From IMG/VR virus record IMGVR_UViG_3300028569_001145, positions 32,001 through 96,000 of that record: a stretch of 64,000 bases of DNA. The stretch is one strand, 5' to 3'. The translations under genes were made by a program, and so were the position numbers. The notes beneath the pieces were generated by a model. That model was given only the letters and a program-made list of their open reading frames with translations, was not told the DNA's origin and did not search any database. Positions 47,530-57,310 of this stretch are shown here, one piece after another. The DNA comes from a virus. Position 1 is the stretch's first letter; each line of letters opens with the position of its first letter.

Positions 47530-49212
47530 ATGAAAAGCCTACAAAATAAATACAACCTTATTAAAGAAGGTAAAGGCAATAAAGAACTATTCTTAAAAGA
47601 AGCAAAAGCATTATTTCCAAACGTGGTTACTAATGCCCTAACCTTTGATCAAGCCATTCACAACCTATCAGAAAGAGGGATCATCTCTGAAGCTTTAGTA
47701 TTTGGAGGGATTGCACAACCAACCACCCCGGACTGGTTTAAAGTCTTTAAAGAGAATACCGGCGATGTAAAAGCCGAACTCAAAAAGACTGATAAAGAAG
47801 TTGAAGAAGCTGAAACTAAGGGGTTTGACTACAAGGATAAGAAAAACAACAATAACATTTCAACAGCTGAAATTTTAAGCGGTTACTATGTAGAAATGAA
47901 AGACCCTAAAAATGCTGAAAAGACTGAGACTGAAATTAAAGCAATGGTGTTCAAGAATCTTGAGAAAGATCCTTTACATTATGTAAAAGAAGGTCAATTC
48001 GGTGTTAAAGAATTGGGTTATAAAGATGAAGCTCCTGGTTTAGGTAAACCTAAAGAAGTAACAGGTAAATACAAATCATCCGGAATGGAACCTGTTAAAT
48101 TAAACGAAGCAAAGCATAGTGATGAAGCTGATCTAAAAATTTACAAATCAGAATTAAAGATGCTTACTAAAGTTAAACCAACAGGAGAAAAGCAATTAAA
48201 GAGAAAAGAAGAACTAGAAAAGAAAATTGCTGATTTAGAAAAAAAGGTAACAGAAGTGTTTTACGGAAGCTCTGATGGGGATTATGATGCCCAGGAAGAG
48301 GACAGACAAATGGCCTACTACAACTACGATAAAGGGCTAGAAGCTTACAGCGAAGGAGATTATTTAAAAGCAGATAGGTACTACACAGCTGCTTTAAGAT
48401 ATGGAAGTTACCTAGGTTGGACTGAACAAGATTTACCTCCTTACGGTGATGATATGAATGAATCATTAAACGAAGGCTACGGAATGTCATTAGCAGATGC
48501 TATGAAACAGGCATATGAAGAAAGTCTTAATGGATACGTGCAACACGTTGAAGATAATGGAGATGGCACTTTTAAAGTAACAGACTGGTATGATAGTGAC
48601 AACACAGTAGTTAGTTTCGAAGATGGTAGAAAGTTTAATGATAAGACATCAGAATATGAATTAGGGGAAATTGATATTACCGGAGTTGCAGGATCAGATG
48701 AAGAAGATGATTGGAGAGAAGGAGCTAGAGGTGTTAGACGTCCTAAACCAAAACAAGAGACTTTATCAGAAGTTAAAAGAAAAGCAGTAGAAAAGCACCT
48801 TAAGGAAATTGAAAAACTAGGTGAAATTGCATCTGTTGCTCATAAAATTCAAAAAATTAACGAAAAAATTGAAGAACTTAACAACAGACTCACTATGTCA
48901 GAAGGTGATGATGTTAAGGAAATAGTTGATAAAAAAGCTGTAAAAGAGATTCAAAAAGATATAAAACTTTACGAAAAGAAAAAAGCTTTCTACGAAAAAA
49001 TGCATTCTAAGATGTCTAAAAAAGCAGGAGTAGAACCTATGGAAGAAGAAGTTCCTATTATGGAAGCTGATGATGATAAGCCTGCATTTAATGACCCTGA
49101 GGGTGATATGATTCGTAATGCAATGAAAAGAGACACTGGAACTAAATTAAGACCCTGGTCTGAAATTGTCAAAGACATACTAAAAGACAAAGTACCCGGA
49201 ACAAGTAAATAA
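47530..49212 (+). CDS. Mosaic head-module protein, putative core/internal polyprotein
   Basis: TATTTATA upstream; alternating charged modules separated by LNE/LSE/VTE. Confidence 0.6.
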   Translation: MKSLQNKYNLIKEGKGNKELFLKEAKALFPNVVTNALTFDQAIHNLSERGIISEALVFGGIAQPTTPDWFKVFKENTGDVKAELKKTDKEVEEAETKGFDYKDKKNNNNISTAEILSGYYVEMKDPKNAEKTETEIKAMVFKNLEKDPLHYVKEGQFGVKELGYKDEAPGLGKPKEVTGKYKSSGMEPVKLNEAKHSDEADLKIYKSELKMLTKVKPTGEKQLKRKEELEKKIADLEKKVTEVFYGSSDGDYDAQEEDRQMAYYNYDKGLEAYSEGDYLKADRYYTAALRYGSYLGWTEQDLPPYGDDMNESLNEGYGMSLADAMKQAYEESLNGYVQHVEDNGDGTFKVTDWYDSDNTVVSFEDGRKFNDKTSEYELGEIDITGVAGSDEEDDWREGARGVRRPKPKQETLSEVKRKAVEKHLKEIEKLGEIASVAHKIQKINEKIEELNNRLTMSEGDDVKEIVDKKAVKEIQKDIKLYEKKKAFYEKMHSKMSKKAGVEPMEEEVPIMEADDDKPAFNDPEGDMIRNAMKRDTGTKLRPWSEIVKDILKDKVPGTSK

Positions 49213-49829
49213 TGAGTAAAAGTCTACTTATAGAAACTATAGCCTTCACTCCTACCCCGCTAAAACTTAGTGAGGGTAAGGGTGGTTCTGGGCTTCCTTT
49301 AGTTGAAGGTATTTTAGCTACTGCCGAAGTTAAAAACGGCAATGGTAGGTATTATAGTAAAAAGATCTGGGATAGAGAAATTAACAAGTATATGGACTCT
49401 GTTAGACAAAATAGAGCCGTTGGAGAATTAGACCATCCTGAATCCACAGTTATTAACCTTAAAAATGTTTGCCATAACATCAAAGATATTTGGTGGAACG
49501 GTGATCACATAATGGGCAAGATTGAATTACTTCCAACACCATCAGGTAATATACTACAAGCATTAATTAACTCAGGTATTACTGTAGGAGTATCTTCTAG
49601 AGGAATGGGATCGGTTAAACAAATGGGAGAGACTTTAGAAGTTCAAGATGATTTCGAGTTGCTTTGTTTCGATTTTGTATCTACCCCATCTAATCCAGGA
49701 TCTTGGATGTACCCAAGTGGGAAGCATACTATGAATGAATCTTTAAATATAGACAGTGAAGGCTACGTAAAAGCTAATGAAATCATTCGAGAAATCCTCT
49801 GTGCACATGGCAACTGTCCATTATTTTAA
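49212..49829 (+). CDS. Prohead core protease (gp21-like)
   Basis: NGNGRYY, GELDHP, GVSSRGMGS, DFVSTPS. Confidence 0.93.
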   Translation: MSKSLLIETIAFTPTPLKLSEGKGGSGLPLVEGILATAEVKNGNGRYYSKKIWDREINKYMDSVRQNRAVGELDHPESTVINLKNVCHNIKDIWWNGDHIMGKIELLPTPSGNILQALINSGITVGVSSRGMGSVKQMGETLEVQDDFELLCFDFVSTPSNPGSWMYPSGKHTMNESLNIDSEGYVKANEIIREILCAHGNCPLF

Positions 49830-49873
49830 TAGAACCCTAGCATAGTTTTTCAAAGTCCGCCTATTTATAATAG

Positions 49874-50599
49874 ATGGAAAAAGTATGCCCTACCTGTAAA
49901 GTATCAAAATCTCTTCAAGAATTTAGTAAGAATAAATTAAGGAAAGACGGCTTACAAAGAGAATGCAAGGTTTGCTGCAAAGCAAATCACGATAAACACT
50001 ACTACTTAAAAAAATCACCAAGCCGTTTTAAAACACCAGATCTCCCCGGACACAAAACTTGTACAACCTGTAAAGAAGTTAAGGCATTTGAAGAGTATAG
50101 CAAACTGAAAGCAGGAAAGTATGGGTTAGCAGCAAAATGTAAAATCTGTAGCGCAGCAAGTCACGATAAATGGAGACAGGGGGCAGGTAGAGAATGGGAG
50201 AACATATACGTTAGGACTAGAAAGAAAAACGACTCTAATTACAAAGTAAAAGCACTGCTTAGGTTGAGATTACTAGACGCAGTAAAAAGACACACAGCCG
50301 GAGGAAAGGTTAATAAAAAACACTCAGCAGTAGCCTTACTAGGCTGTACAGTAGAGCAAGCAGTTGAATATTTAGAAAAGCAATTCTTACCGGAGATGAA
50401 TTGGAATAACCACGGTAAAATCTGGGAGATCGACCATATAAAACCTTGCGCTTCCTATAACTTAGAAAACCCGGAAGAGCAAAAAGAATGCTTTAATTAT
50501 AAAAACCTTCAACCTCTATTTATAACCAGTAAGATTGCACAAGAGTATGGGTACACAAACTACAGAGGCAACAGGAATAAATTAGATAAGATATTTTAA
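49874..50599 (+). CDS. HNH endonuclease with Zn-ribbon repeats
   Basis: CxxC pairs; WEIDHIKPC...FNYKNLQPL...NRNK. Confidence 0.85.
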   Translation: MEKVCPTCKVSKSLQEFSKNKLRKDGLQRECKVCCKANHDKHYYLKKSPSRFKTPDLPGHKTCTTCKEVKAFEEYSKLKAGKYGLAAKCKICSAASHDKWRQGAGREWENIYVRTRKKNDSNYKVKALLRLRLLDAVKRHTAGGKVNKKHSAVALLGCTVEQAVEYLEKQFLPEMNWNNHGKIWEIDHIKPCASYNLENPEEQKECFNYKNLQPLFITSKIAQEYGYTNYRGNRNKLDKIF

Positions 50600-50626
50600 C
50601 CCCTCTTAGGATAGTATCCTTTGATT

Positions 50627-50660
50627 GACCCTCCCCTAAAAAAGGAGGGTTTCTTTTTTT
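50627..50660 (+). terminator. Intrinsic terminator
   Basis: ACCCTCC...GGAGGGT + T-run. Confidence 0.7.
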
Positions 50661-50788
50661 GCAAAAAAGTACCATATTTATATTTGTATGTAGTATTCTC
50701 TAATATACTACCCTATCAAAAAATACACCCTTTATTACGCTCCTTTTATTAAGCGTATTTCCCAAACAAAAATTATTATTAGGAAAAA

Positions 50789-52093
50789 ATGTCAAACAGA
50801 GATTTGTTAAAAGAAGCGATTGCTGATGCAAAAGCTGTCAAAGAAATCGCTATTACTAATGCTAAAGCTGCATTAGAAGAGGCGTTCACTCCTCATTTGA
50901 TGTCAATGTTCGAACAAAAACTAACAGAGATGGAAGATGAAAGTGAAAAGAAACACTCTATGGAAGAAGAAATGCACGATGACGAGCATAAAGACACCAT
51001 GGAAGAAGAATTAGACGAGGACTTGGAATTAGAAGCTTTATTGAGAGAACTTGAGGAAGCAGAAAAAGAAGAGTCTGAAGAAGAAGAGGAATCTGAAGAA
51101 GAGGAAACCGAAGAGGGAGAATCTGAAGAAGAGGAATCTGAAGAAGTAGAACTAGACTTTGATGAAATGGAAAAGAATCCTGAGAAGTTTACTGACATGA
51201 TTGAAAAGATTGTTGATGAAGTTATCGACGAAATGATCGCTGACGGTGAATTAGAAGGAGGACATCCTGGAATGGAAGATGAAGCTGGTGCTATGGAACC
51301 TACAATGGATGCTGAAGAAGAAGCTGGTGAAGACATGGAAATGCCTACAATGGCAGAAGCTAGAAAATCTAAACACTCTAAGGTAATGAAAGAACAGGTT
51401 AGTGCTGAAACTTGGATACAAATTATAGCAAACTACGGAGGGTATCATTCTGAGAAGGTAAACTACGAGACTGAAAGTTTTAAAGGAAACACCTCGGAAA
51501 TGAAAAACAAAGTACAAACTTTGATGGATAATGAACAAATCAGTGAAGGTATGGAACTCGACTTTTCAGACTCTAAAGTAGTTGCTTTCACGAACTATGA
51601 CGGCGAGTTTGTATTTTTTGTAAAGAAAGATGCATTTCCCGGCCCGGTAGATGAAAATTTTGTAGATGCGGTAGAAGAGTATGTATATAACGGAGGCATG
51701 ACCGAAGCTAGAAAATCTAAACACTCTAAGGTAATGAAAGAACTTAAAGAAGCTCGCACTGCTTTAAAAACCATCCAATCAGAATTGAATGAAGTTAACG
51801 TACTAAATTCAAAACTTCTTTATGTAAACAAGATCTTCAAAGCACAAAACTTAACAGAAGGTCAAAAAGTTCACGTTTTAGCAGCATTCGATAAAGCTGA
51901 AACAGTGAAAGAAAGTAAATTGATTTATGAAACTTTGAAAAATAACTTAGCTAAAACAGCTACTGCTAAAAAGAAAGAGTTTATCAATGAATCAAAAAGT
52001 TTTGCATCAAAATCAGTTGGAACTTCGCCAAAACAGCCTGTGGTGGAGACTAATCCAATGGTAGAGAGATTTAAAAAACTTGCAGGCTTATAA
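50789..52093 (+). CDS. Prohead scaffold/core protein with inserted domain
   Basis: Glu-rich, immediately upstream of MCP; LLKEAIADAKAV start; internal 40-bp direct repeat. Confidence 0.75.
   Translation: MSNRDLLKEAIADAKAVKEIAITNAKAALEEAFTPHLMSMFEQKLTEMEDESEKKHSMEEEMHDDEHKDTMEEELDEDLELEALLRELEEAEKEESEEEEESEEEETEEGESEEEESEEVELDFDEMEKNPEKFTDMIEKIVDEVIDEMIADGELEGGHPGMEDEAGAMEPTMDAEEEAGEDMEMPTMAEARKSKHSKVMKEQVSAETWIQIIANYGGYHSEKVNYETESFKGNTSEMKNKVQTLMDNEQISEGMELDFSDSKVVAFTNYDGEFVFFVKKDAFPGPVDENFVDAVEEYVYNGGMTEARKSKHSKVMKELKEARTALKTIQSELNEVNVLNSKLLYVNKIFKAQNLTEGQKVHVLAAFDKAETVKESKLIYETLKNNLAKTATAKKKEFINESKSFASKSVGTSPKQPVVETNPMVERFKKLAGL
51356..51743 (+). repeat. Perfect 40-bp direct repeat (51356-51395, 51704-51743) flanking an in-frame insert
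   Basis: GAAGCTAGAAAATCTAAACACTCTAAGGTAATGAAAGAAC twice, 348 bp apart. Confidence 0.9.
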
Positions 52094-52124
52094 CAACCTA
52101 TTTATAAAAACACACATTTAAGAA

Positions 52125-53762
52125 ATGTCAAACGTACAAACATTACTAGAATCTGCTAACCCATGGCAGTCTTTGCAATCTGACGCTGCTAGATTGGCAA
52201 AAAAATGGGGCGCTACTGGCCTTTTAGGAGGCATCAGTAACGAAACTGAGAAAAACAACATGTCAATGATCCTTGAGAACCAAGCCAAGCAGTTGGTTAT
52301 TGAGCAGTCTCAAACTGGAACTGGTGCTAGCTTTACTGCAGGTACTGGTGAGCAGTGGGCTGGTATTGCTCTTCCTTTGGTAAGAAAGGTATTTGGTCAA
52401 ATCGCTGCTAAAGAATTCGTTTCTGTTCAGCCTATGAACCTACCTTCAGGTCTTGTATTCTTCTTGGATTTCCAATATGGAACTACAAAGAATCCTTTTA
52501 CTGCAGGTAACTCTATGTATGGTGATACTTCTGCTAACTTCGGTAACACCTCAACTGGTGCTCTTTACGGTGCAGGTAGATTCACCTACTCTACTAACCA
52601 GTTCTCTGCTTCTGGTGTAACTGCAACTGCAACTTCTGCTTCTTTTGCAAGCGTTAATTTTGACTCAGCTTATTCTGCTTCTGTAGCAGCTGATGAAATC
52701 AAAAGATTGACTATTGCTAACATCTCCTCAGTACTAAGTGACTACGATTCATTAGCTGTTAGAGGCTTCTTGATCAACTCAGGTTCAGTAACTGACGGTA
52801 AAGTATTGCAAGAGTTAACTAAAATTAACGGAACTTCTCTTGAGTTCTACGTAACTGCATCTACTGCACAGATCCCAACTTTGAATGGATTCACAGTATT
52901 CTACAATAAGTTGACTAAAGACAATGCAAGAGGTGATTTCGAAGCTGGTGCTTCTTACTCTACTCCTAACGCTGAGTCTGAATCTACTATCGTTATCCCT
53001 CAGATTAACGTTCAAATGAGATCTGAACCTATTGTTGCTAAGACTAAAAAGTTGAAAGCACAATGGACTCCTGAATTTGCTCAAGACTTGAATGCATACC
53101 ATAGCTTGGATGCTGAAGCTGAATTGACAGCTGTAATGTCTGAGTACATCTCTTTGGAGATTGACATGGAGATTTTGGATATGTTAATCGAGTCTGCTGC
53201 TGCTGGTACTGAGTACTGGTCTGCTGCTAACAACAACTTCCTAAACGCAGGTGGAACAGCCTTCACTTCTGCAGGTGTTGATGCTGGTGGATTCTACAAC
53301 AGCCAAGGACAGTGGTTCCAAACTTTGGGAACTAAGATGCAGAAATTGTCTAACATTATCCATCAAAGAACTTTGCGTGGTGGTGCTAACTTCTGCGTAG
53401 TATCTCCTACTGTTGCTACTATCTTGGAAAGTATCCCAGGCTTTGCTTCTACTTCTAACGGTGACGTTACTGTAGCTAGCTATGCATTCGGTGTACAGAA
53501 GATGGGTCAAATCAACAACAGATACACTGTTTACAAGAACCCTTACATGAAGGAAAACACCATCTTGATGGGCTTCAAAGGTAGCCAATTCTTGGAAACT
53601 GGTGCTGTATTTGCTCCTTACATTCCATTGATCATGACTCCTTTGGTGTATGATCCTGATACCTTCGTTCCACGTAAAGGTCTTTTGACTAGATACGCTA
53701 AGAAGATGGTCAGACCAGAATTTTATGGTAAAATTTACGTAAGTGGCTTGAACACTTTGTAA
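52125..53762 (+). CDS. Major capsid protein (gp23-like)
   Basis: VSVQPMNLPSGLVF, KTKKLKAQWTPEFAQDL.AYH, FAPYIPL, TRYA. Confidence 0.95.
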   Translation: MSNVQTLLESANPWQSLQSDAARLAKKWGATGLLGGISNETEKNNMSMILENQAKQLVIEQSQTGTGASFTAGTGEQWAGIALPLVRKVFGQIAAKEFVSVQPMNLPSGLVFFLDFQYGTTKNPFTAGNSMYGDTSANFGNTSTGALYGAGRFTYSTNQFSASGVTATATSASFASVNFDSAYSASVAADEIKRLTIANISSVLSDYDSLAVRGFLINSGSVTDGKVLQELTKINGTSLEFYVTASTAQIPTLNGFTVFYNKLTKDNARGDFEAGASYSTPNAESESTIVIPQINVQMRSEPIVAKTKKLKAQWTPEFAQDLNAYHSLDAEAELTAVMSEYISLEIDMEILDMLIESAAAGTEYWSAANNNFLNAGGTAFTSAGVDAGGFYNSQGQWFQTLGTKMQKLSNIIHQRTLRGGANFCVVSPTVATILESIPGFASTSNGDVTVASYAFGVQKMGQINNRYTVYKNPYMKENTILMGFKGSQFLETGAVFAPYIPLIMTPLVYDPDTFVPRKGLLTRYAKKMVRPEFYGKIYVSGLNTL

Positions 53763-53788
53763 GATTAACCATACTAGTCTTCATAAAG

Positions 53789-53814
53789 AGCCCGGCGAAA
53801 GTCGGGCTTTTTTT
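53789..53814 (+). terminator. Intrinsic terminator after MCP
   Basis: AGCCCGGC-GAAA-GTCGGGCT + T-run. Confidence 0.85.
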
Positions 53815-53880
53815 ATATAATAAAGTTTTTTGTTAGGCAGTAATATCATATATTTATTATTAAATAATCCCCTTAGCGTT

Positions 53881-55266
53881 ATGGCAAGACAGAAAGATAA
53901 CACTCCGGTTGAATGCAAGCTATGTTCATTAATAATACCAGCAAGCGGTATGCCAAGTCATTTGCAACATAAACATAATAAACTATCATCAGATGAATAC
54001 GCATTAAGATTTGGAGAATTCAGACAAAAACACCTTAAGCAGCAAATTAAAAAAAACACCAGTACAGTTATTTGTCAAATCTGCAACAATGCTATGGTGT
54101 CTCATAAGCAATTACTACACCACCTACATACTCATAATATAACATGGCAAGAATACTACATTAAATACTACTTTAACGGTAAGCATCCAACCTGTTCTTG
54201 CGGATGTGGTGCAGAAGTAAAACTCTTGCGTCATGGAAAAAATGAAAAAGGTGAATCTGTCTTTGCAAGAGAAATGCTCCCCGGACATTGCAACCACAAG
54301 CCTGGTTATAGACACAACACCCCTGAGCAGAAAGAGACTATGCGCAAGGCAGCTATTAAAAGAATGGAGGAAGGTAATCTAGTATTTAACAATGGGCCTA
54401 CACAGTTAGAAGAGCAAGTAGTATCATACCTTCAAACATTAGGCATAACCAACATAAAACAATCAGATCGTGAGATTTTAACAGGTCTTGAAATCGACAT
54501 CTACCTACCGGATTACAACCTTGGGATAGAGGTTAACGGAAACCGTTTTCATAGTGATCTGTTTAAAAAGAAAAACTACCATTTAAAGAAGACAGAGGAG
54601 TGTGCACGTAAAGGCGTTAGGTTGCTTCATATCTGGGAATGCGATTTAGTAAAAAAGCAAAGCATAGTATTTTCGAACTTAAAATCAATTCTAGGGAAAG
54701 TAGAAACAAAGATTCATGCCCGTAAATGTGTAGTTAAAACACTAACAGCACAGCAAACTAATATATTTCTACAGGAAAACCACCTTCAAGGAAGTACAGT
54801 AGCAGGGGTTCGTCTTGGATTATTTTACGGAGATCGGCTGGTTTCTGTAATGACCTTTTCAAAATTACGTAGAGCAGTGGGTATGAGTCATAGACAAGGT
54901 AGTTACGAACTCGCTAGATTCTGTAATGAAAAAAACACAGCAGTTGTTGGAGGTGCTTCCAAATTATTTCAATATTTTATACAGAACTACAGCCCAGAAT
55001 ACATTCTTTCTTTTGCTAACCGGGACTGGAGTATAGGCAACCTTTATGAAAAACTAAAAATGACTTTTAAAGGGTACACCCCCCCGGGTTATTTTTATGT
55101 AAAATCACAATATAAGTATAGCCGTTTTGCTTTTACTAAGCATAAATTAATTCAAATGGGATACGATCCATTAATGACAGAGTATGATACTATGACACAG
55201 CAGGGTTATTTTAGGATATGGGACTGTGGTAACTTAAAGTATGAGTGGAGTGCTATTTATCATTAG
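53881..55266 (+). CDS. Hef-like homing endonuclease (Zn fingers, Vsr-like nuclease, GNAT-like C-terminus)
   Basis: C2H2-like fingers, CSCGCG, EIDIYLP..GIEVNG..FHS, IHARKC, YELARFC, RIWDCG. Confidence 0.75.
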   Translation: MARQKDNTPVECKLCSLIIPASGMPSHLQHKHNKLSSDEYALRFGEFRQKHLKQQIKKNTSTVICQICNNAMVSHKQLLHHLHTHNITWQEYYIKYYFNGKHPTCSCGCGAEVKLLRHGKNEKGESVFAREMLPGHCNHKPGYRHNTPEQKETMRKAAIKRMEEGNLVFNNGPTQLEEQVVSYLQTLGITNIKQSDREILTGLEIDIYLPDYNLGIEVNGNRFHSDLFKKKNYHLKKTEECARKGVRLLHIWECDLVKKQSIVFSNLKSILGKVETKIHARKCVVKTLTAQQTNIFLQENHLQGSTVAGVRLGLFYGDRLVSVMTFSKLRRAVGMSHRQGSYELARFCNEKNTAVVGGASKLFQYFIQNYSPEYILSFANRDWSIGNLYEKLKMTFKGYTPPGYFYVKSQYKYSRFAFTKHKLIQMGYDPLMTEYDTMTQQGYFRIWDCGNLKYEWSAIYH

Positions 55267-55278
55267 GAGAGTTATAAT

Positions 55279-55968
55279 ATGACAAGCGACCATTACAGCG
55301 CAGAGGTTTTTAAAGAAAAAAGAAAACCTAAGAATCCAATTAAATTTGGAATCACCTTAAACGAAGAGCAAAAATCAGCCAAAGCCCACATGTTATCTAG
55401 CGATATTGTGGCAATCAAAGGCCGGGCCGGATCAGGAAAAACCTTACTAGCTGTTCAGACAGGGTTAGATATGTTATTTAACCGTGATGTTGAGAAGTTA
55501 ATCATTGCCCGTCCTTATGTAACTGCAGGAGAGGATATTGGACACTTACCCGGAGGTGTGGATGATAAACTAGCCTACCTTACAGCCCCTGTTTATAACA
55601 TAATGTATGAACTAGTAGGTAAGGATAAGACTGATAAACTAGTGTCTGAGGGGTCTGTCCAGGTTTCTCCCTTTGGATTCTTAAGAGGTAATACATTCAC
55701 CAACTGTTTTGTTTTAATTGATGAGGCACAGAATGCCACTATGAGACAAACTGAATTAATGATTGGCCGATTAGGTATTCATTCTAAGATGATATTCTGC
55801 GGTGATATGTCACAGTGTGACTTAAAAAATAAAAAAGACTCCGGGTTTGATTTCTTTTTAAAATTAGAACCACAAGTAGCCGGAATTAAAGTGATTACTT
55901 TAGAGCAAAACCACCGTCACCCAATAGTAGAACCAACATTAAAAGTATTTTCAGACTACAGAGAATAA
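55279..55968 (+). CDS. phoH: PhoH-family ATPase
   Basis: GRAGSGKT, IGHLPG, LRGNTF, IDEAQN, GDMSQCD, RHPIV. Confidence 0.92.
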   Translation: MTSDHYSAEVFKEKRKPKNPIKFGITLNEEQKSAKAHMLSSDIVAIKGRAGSGKTLLAVQTGLDMLFNRDVEKLIIARPYVTAGEDIGHLPGGVDDKLAYLTAPVYNIMYELVGKDKTDKLVSEGSVQVSPFGFLRGNTFTNCFVLIDEAQNATMRQTELMIGRLGIHSKMIFCGDMSQCDLKNKKDSGFDFFLKLEPQVAGIKVITLEQNHRHPIVEPTLKVFSDYRE

Positions 55969-56558
55969 TGCCGCAGATACAGCTTATATCAACCTCAGGA
56001 TCAGTACCTACCACCACTCAACTGGCTTTGGGGGATATAGGTATTAATTCATATGATAGTAGGGTTTATTATAAGAGGTTTAGGGAAAATTCACAGGAAG
56101 TAATTCCTTTGAGTAATGCTTTGGCTTACGGCCAGTGGCAAAACAACACTACTTTAAGCGGATCTCTCAACACGTCTCAATCATTTCAGTACGATACAAC
56201 TGATTTAGTCTATAAAACCTACTTAGAGCCCCCTAGTAAACTTTACGTAGAAACATCAGGAGTATTTAACATTCAGTTTTCTGCACAATTAGAAGAACCC
56301 GGATCAGGGGCAGCAGTTATTTACATCTGGTTTAAAAGAAACGGAATAAATATACCAGAATCCGCCACGGTAATTGATCTAGCTAATAAAGGAAAACAAG
56401 TGGCTGCCTGGAATTTTATGACTTATCTAAACGCTGGAGACTATGTAGAACTTGTTTGGCAATCAGATAATGGCAGTACTCAAATACTTGCAACAACAGC
56501 CGGGGATAGTATACCGGCTATACCTTCAATTATTACAACAATAACACAAGTTCATTAA
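55968..56558 (+). CDS. Structural/tail-associated protein
   Basis: LALGDIGINSYD..YYK N-terminus, beta-sandwich C-terminus. Confidence 0.55.
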   Translation: MPQIQLISTSGSVPTTTQLALGDIGINSYDSRVYYKRFRENSQEVIPLSNALAYGQWQNNTTLSGSLNTSQSFQYDTTDLVYKTYLEPPSKLYVETSGVFNIQFSAQLEEPGSGAAVIYIWFKRNGINIPESATVIDLANKGKQVAAWNFMTYLNAGDYVELVWQSDNGSTQILATTAGDSIPAIPSIITTITQVH

Positions 56559-56586
56559 ACTGTCATATATTTATAACAAACACGTT

Positions 56587-56838
56587 ATGGAACATACAAA
56601 ATTAACACAGGAGGAAATCTCCCAACTACAAGAGGTAAGACAGCAGTCACAGGCTTTAGTTTTAGAATTAGGTAACTTAGAATTAGCTAAGATTCAACTT
56701 GAGAATCGCTACGATGAACTAGTAGAATTCTACGATGACCTAAAAAACAGAGAGCGTGAACTAGGAAAAACCTTATCAGATAAGTACGGAGACGGTACTA
56801 TTGATATTGAAAAAGGGGAGTTTATTGCTAAAGACTAA
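56587..56838 (+). CDS. Small coiled-coil late protein
   Basis: KYGDGTIDIEKGEF; TATTTATA upstream. Confidence 0.7.
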   Translation: MEHTKLTQEEISQLQEVRQQSQALVLELGNLELAKIQLENRYDELVEFYDDLKNRERELGKTLSDKYGDGTIDIEKGEFIAKD

Positions 56839-56866
56839 ACGTAAAACTTTACATTCTTATAACATT

Positions 56867-56887
56867 AGGGCCTCCAGGGCCCTTTTG
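56867..56887 (+). terminator. Intrinsic terminator
   Basis: AGGGCC-TCCAG-GGCCCT + T-run. Confidence 0.6.
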
Positions 56888-56914
56888 TTGTTTTTGAAAT
56901 ATTTATAAGAAAAT

Positions 56915-57310
56915 ATGTCTGCAGGAAGATACTCTCTGTATATAGAGCAAGGAACCACGGTTAATTTTGAAATTCAGTATAAAGACGTTGCCGGAAACCC
57001 GGTAAACTTAACCGGTTATGGTGCTCGAATGCAGATTAGGCCTACTGTAGAGTCATCAACAGTATATCTTACCTTAAGCAGCAGCTTACAGCCTGATGGA
57101 ACAGGGCTTAGTATGTCAGGGTCTGCACCGTATAAGCCACTATCCTCTGGGTCTATTGGGGTTTATATTGCATCTTGTACGTCCTCGATGTTAAATTTTA
57201 CAGACGCTGTATATGACCTAGAAATTTTTGTACCAAATGGAACAGACTGTCCCACTGTAACCCGTATCTTACAAGGTCCGGTTAGACTCTCTAAAGAAGT
57301 AACAAGATGA
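56915..57310 (+). CDS. Tail/baseplate-associated Ig-like protein
   Basis: IEQGTT...PVNLTGY.ARMQIR...YDLEI...RILQG. Confidence 0.65.
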   Translation: MSAGRYSLYIEQGTTVNFEIQYKDVAGNPVNLTGYGARMQIRPTVESSTVYLTLSSSLQPDGTGLSMSGSAPYKPLSSGSIGVYIASCTSSMLNFTDAVYDLEIFVPNGTDCPTVTRILQGPVRLSKEVTR

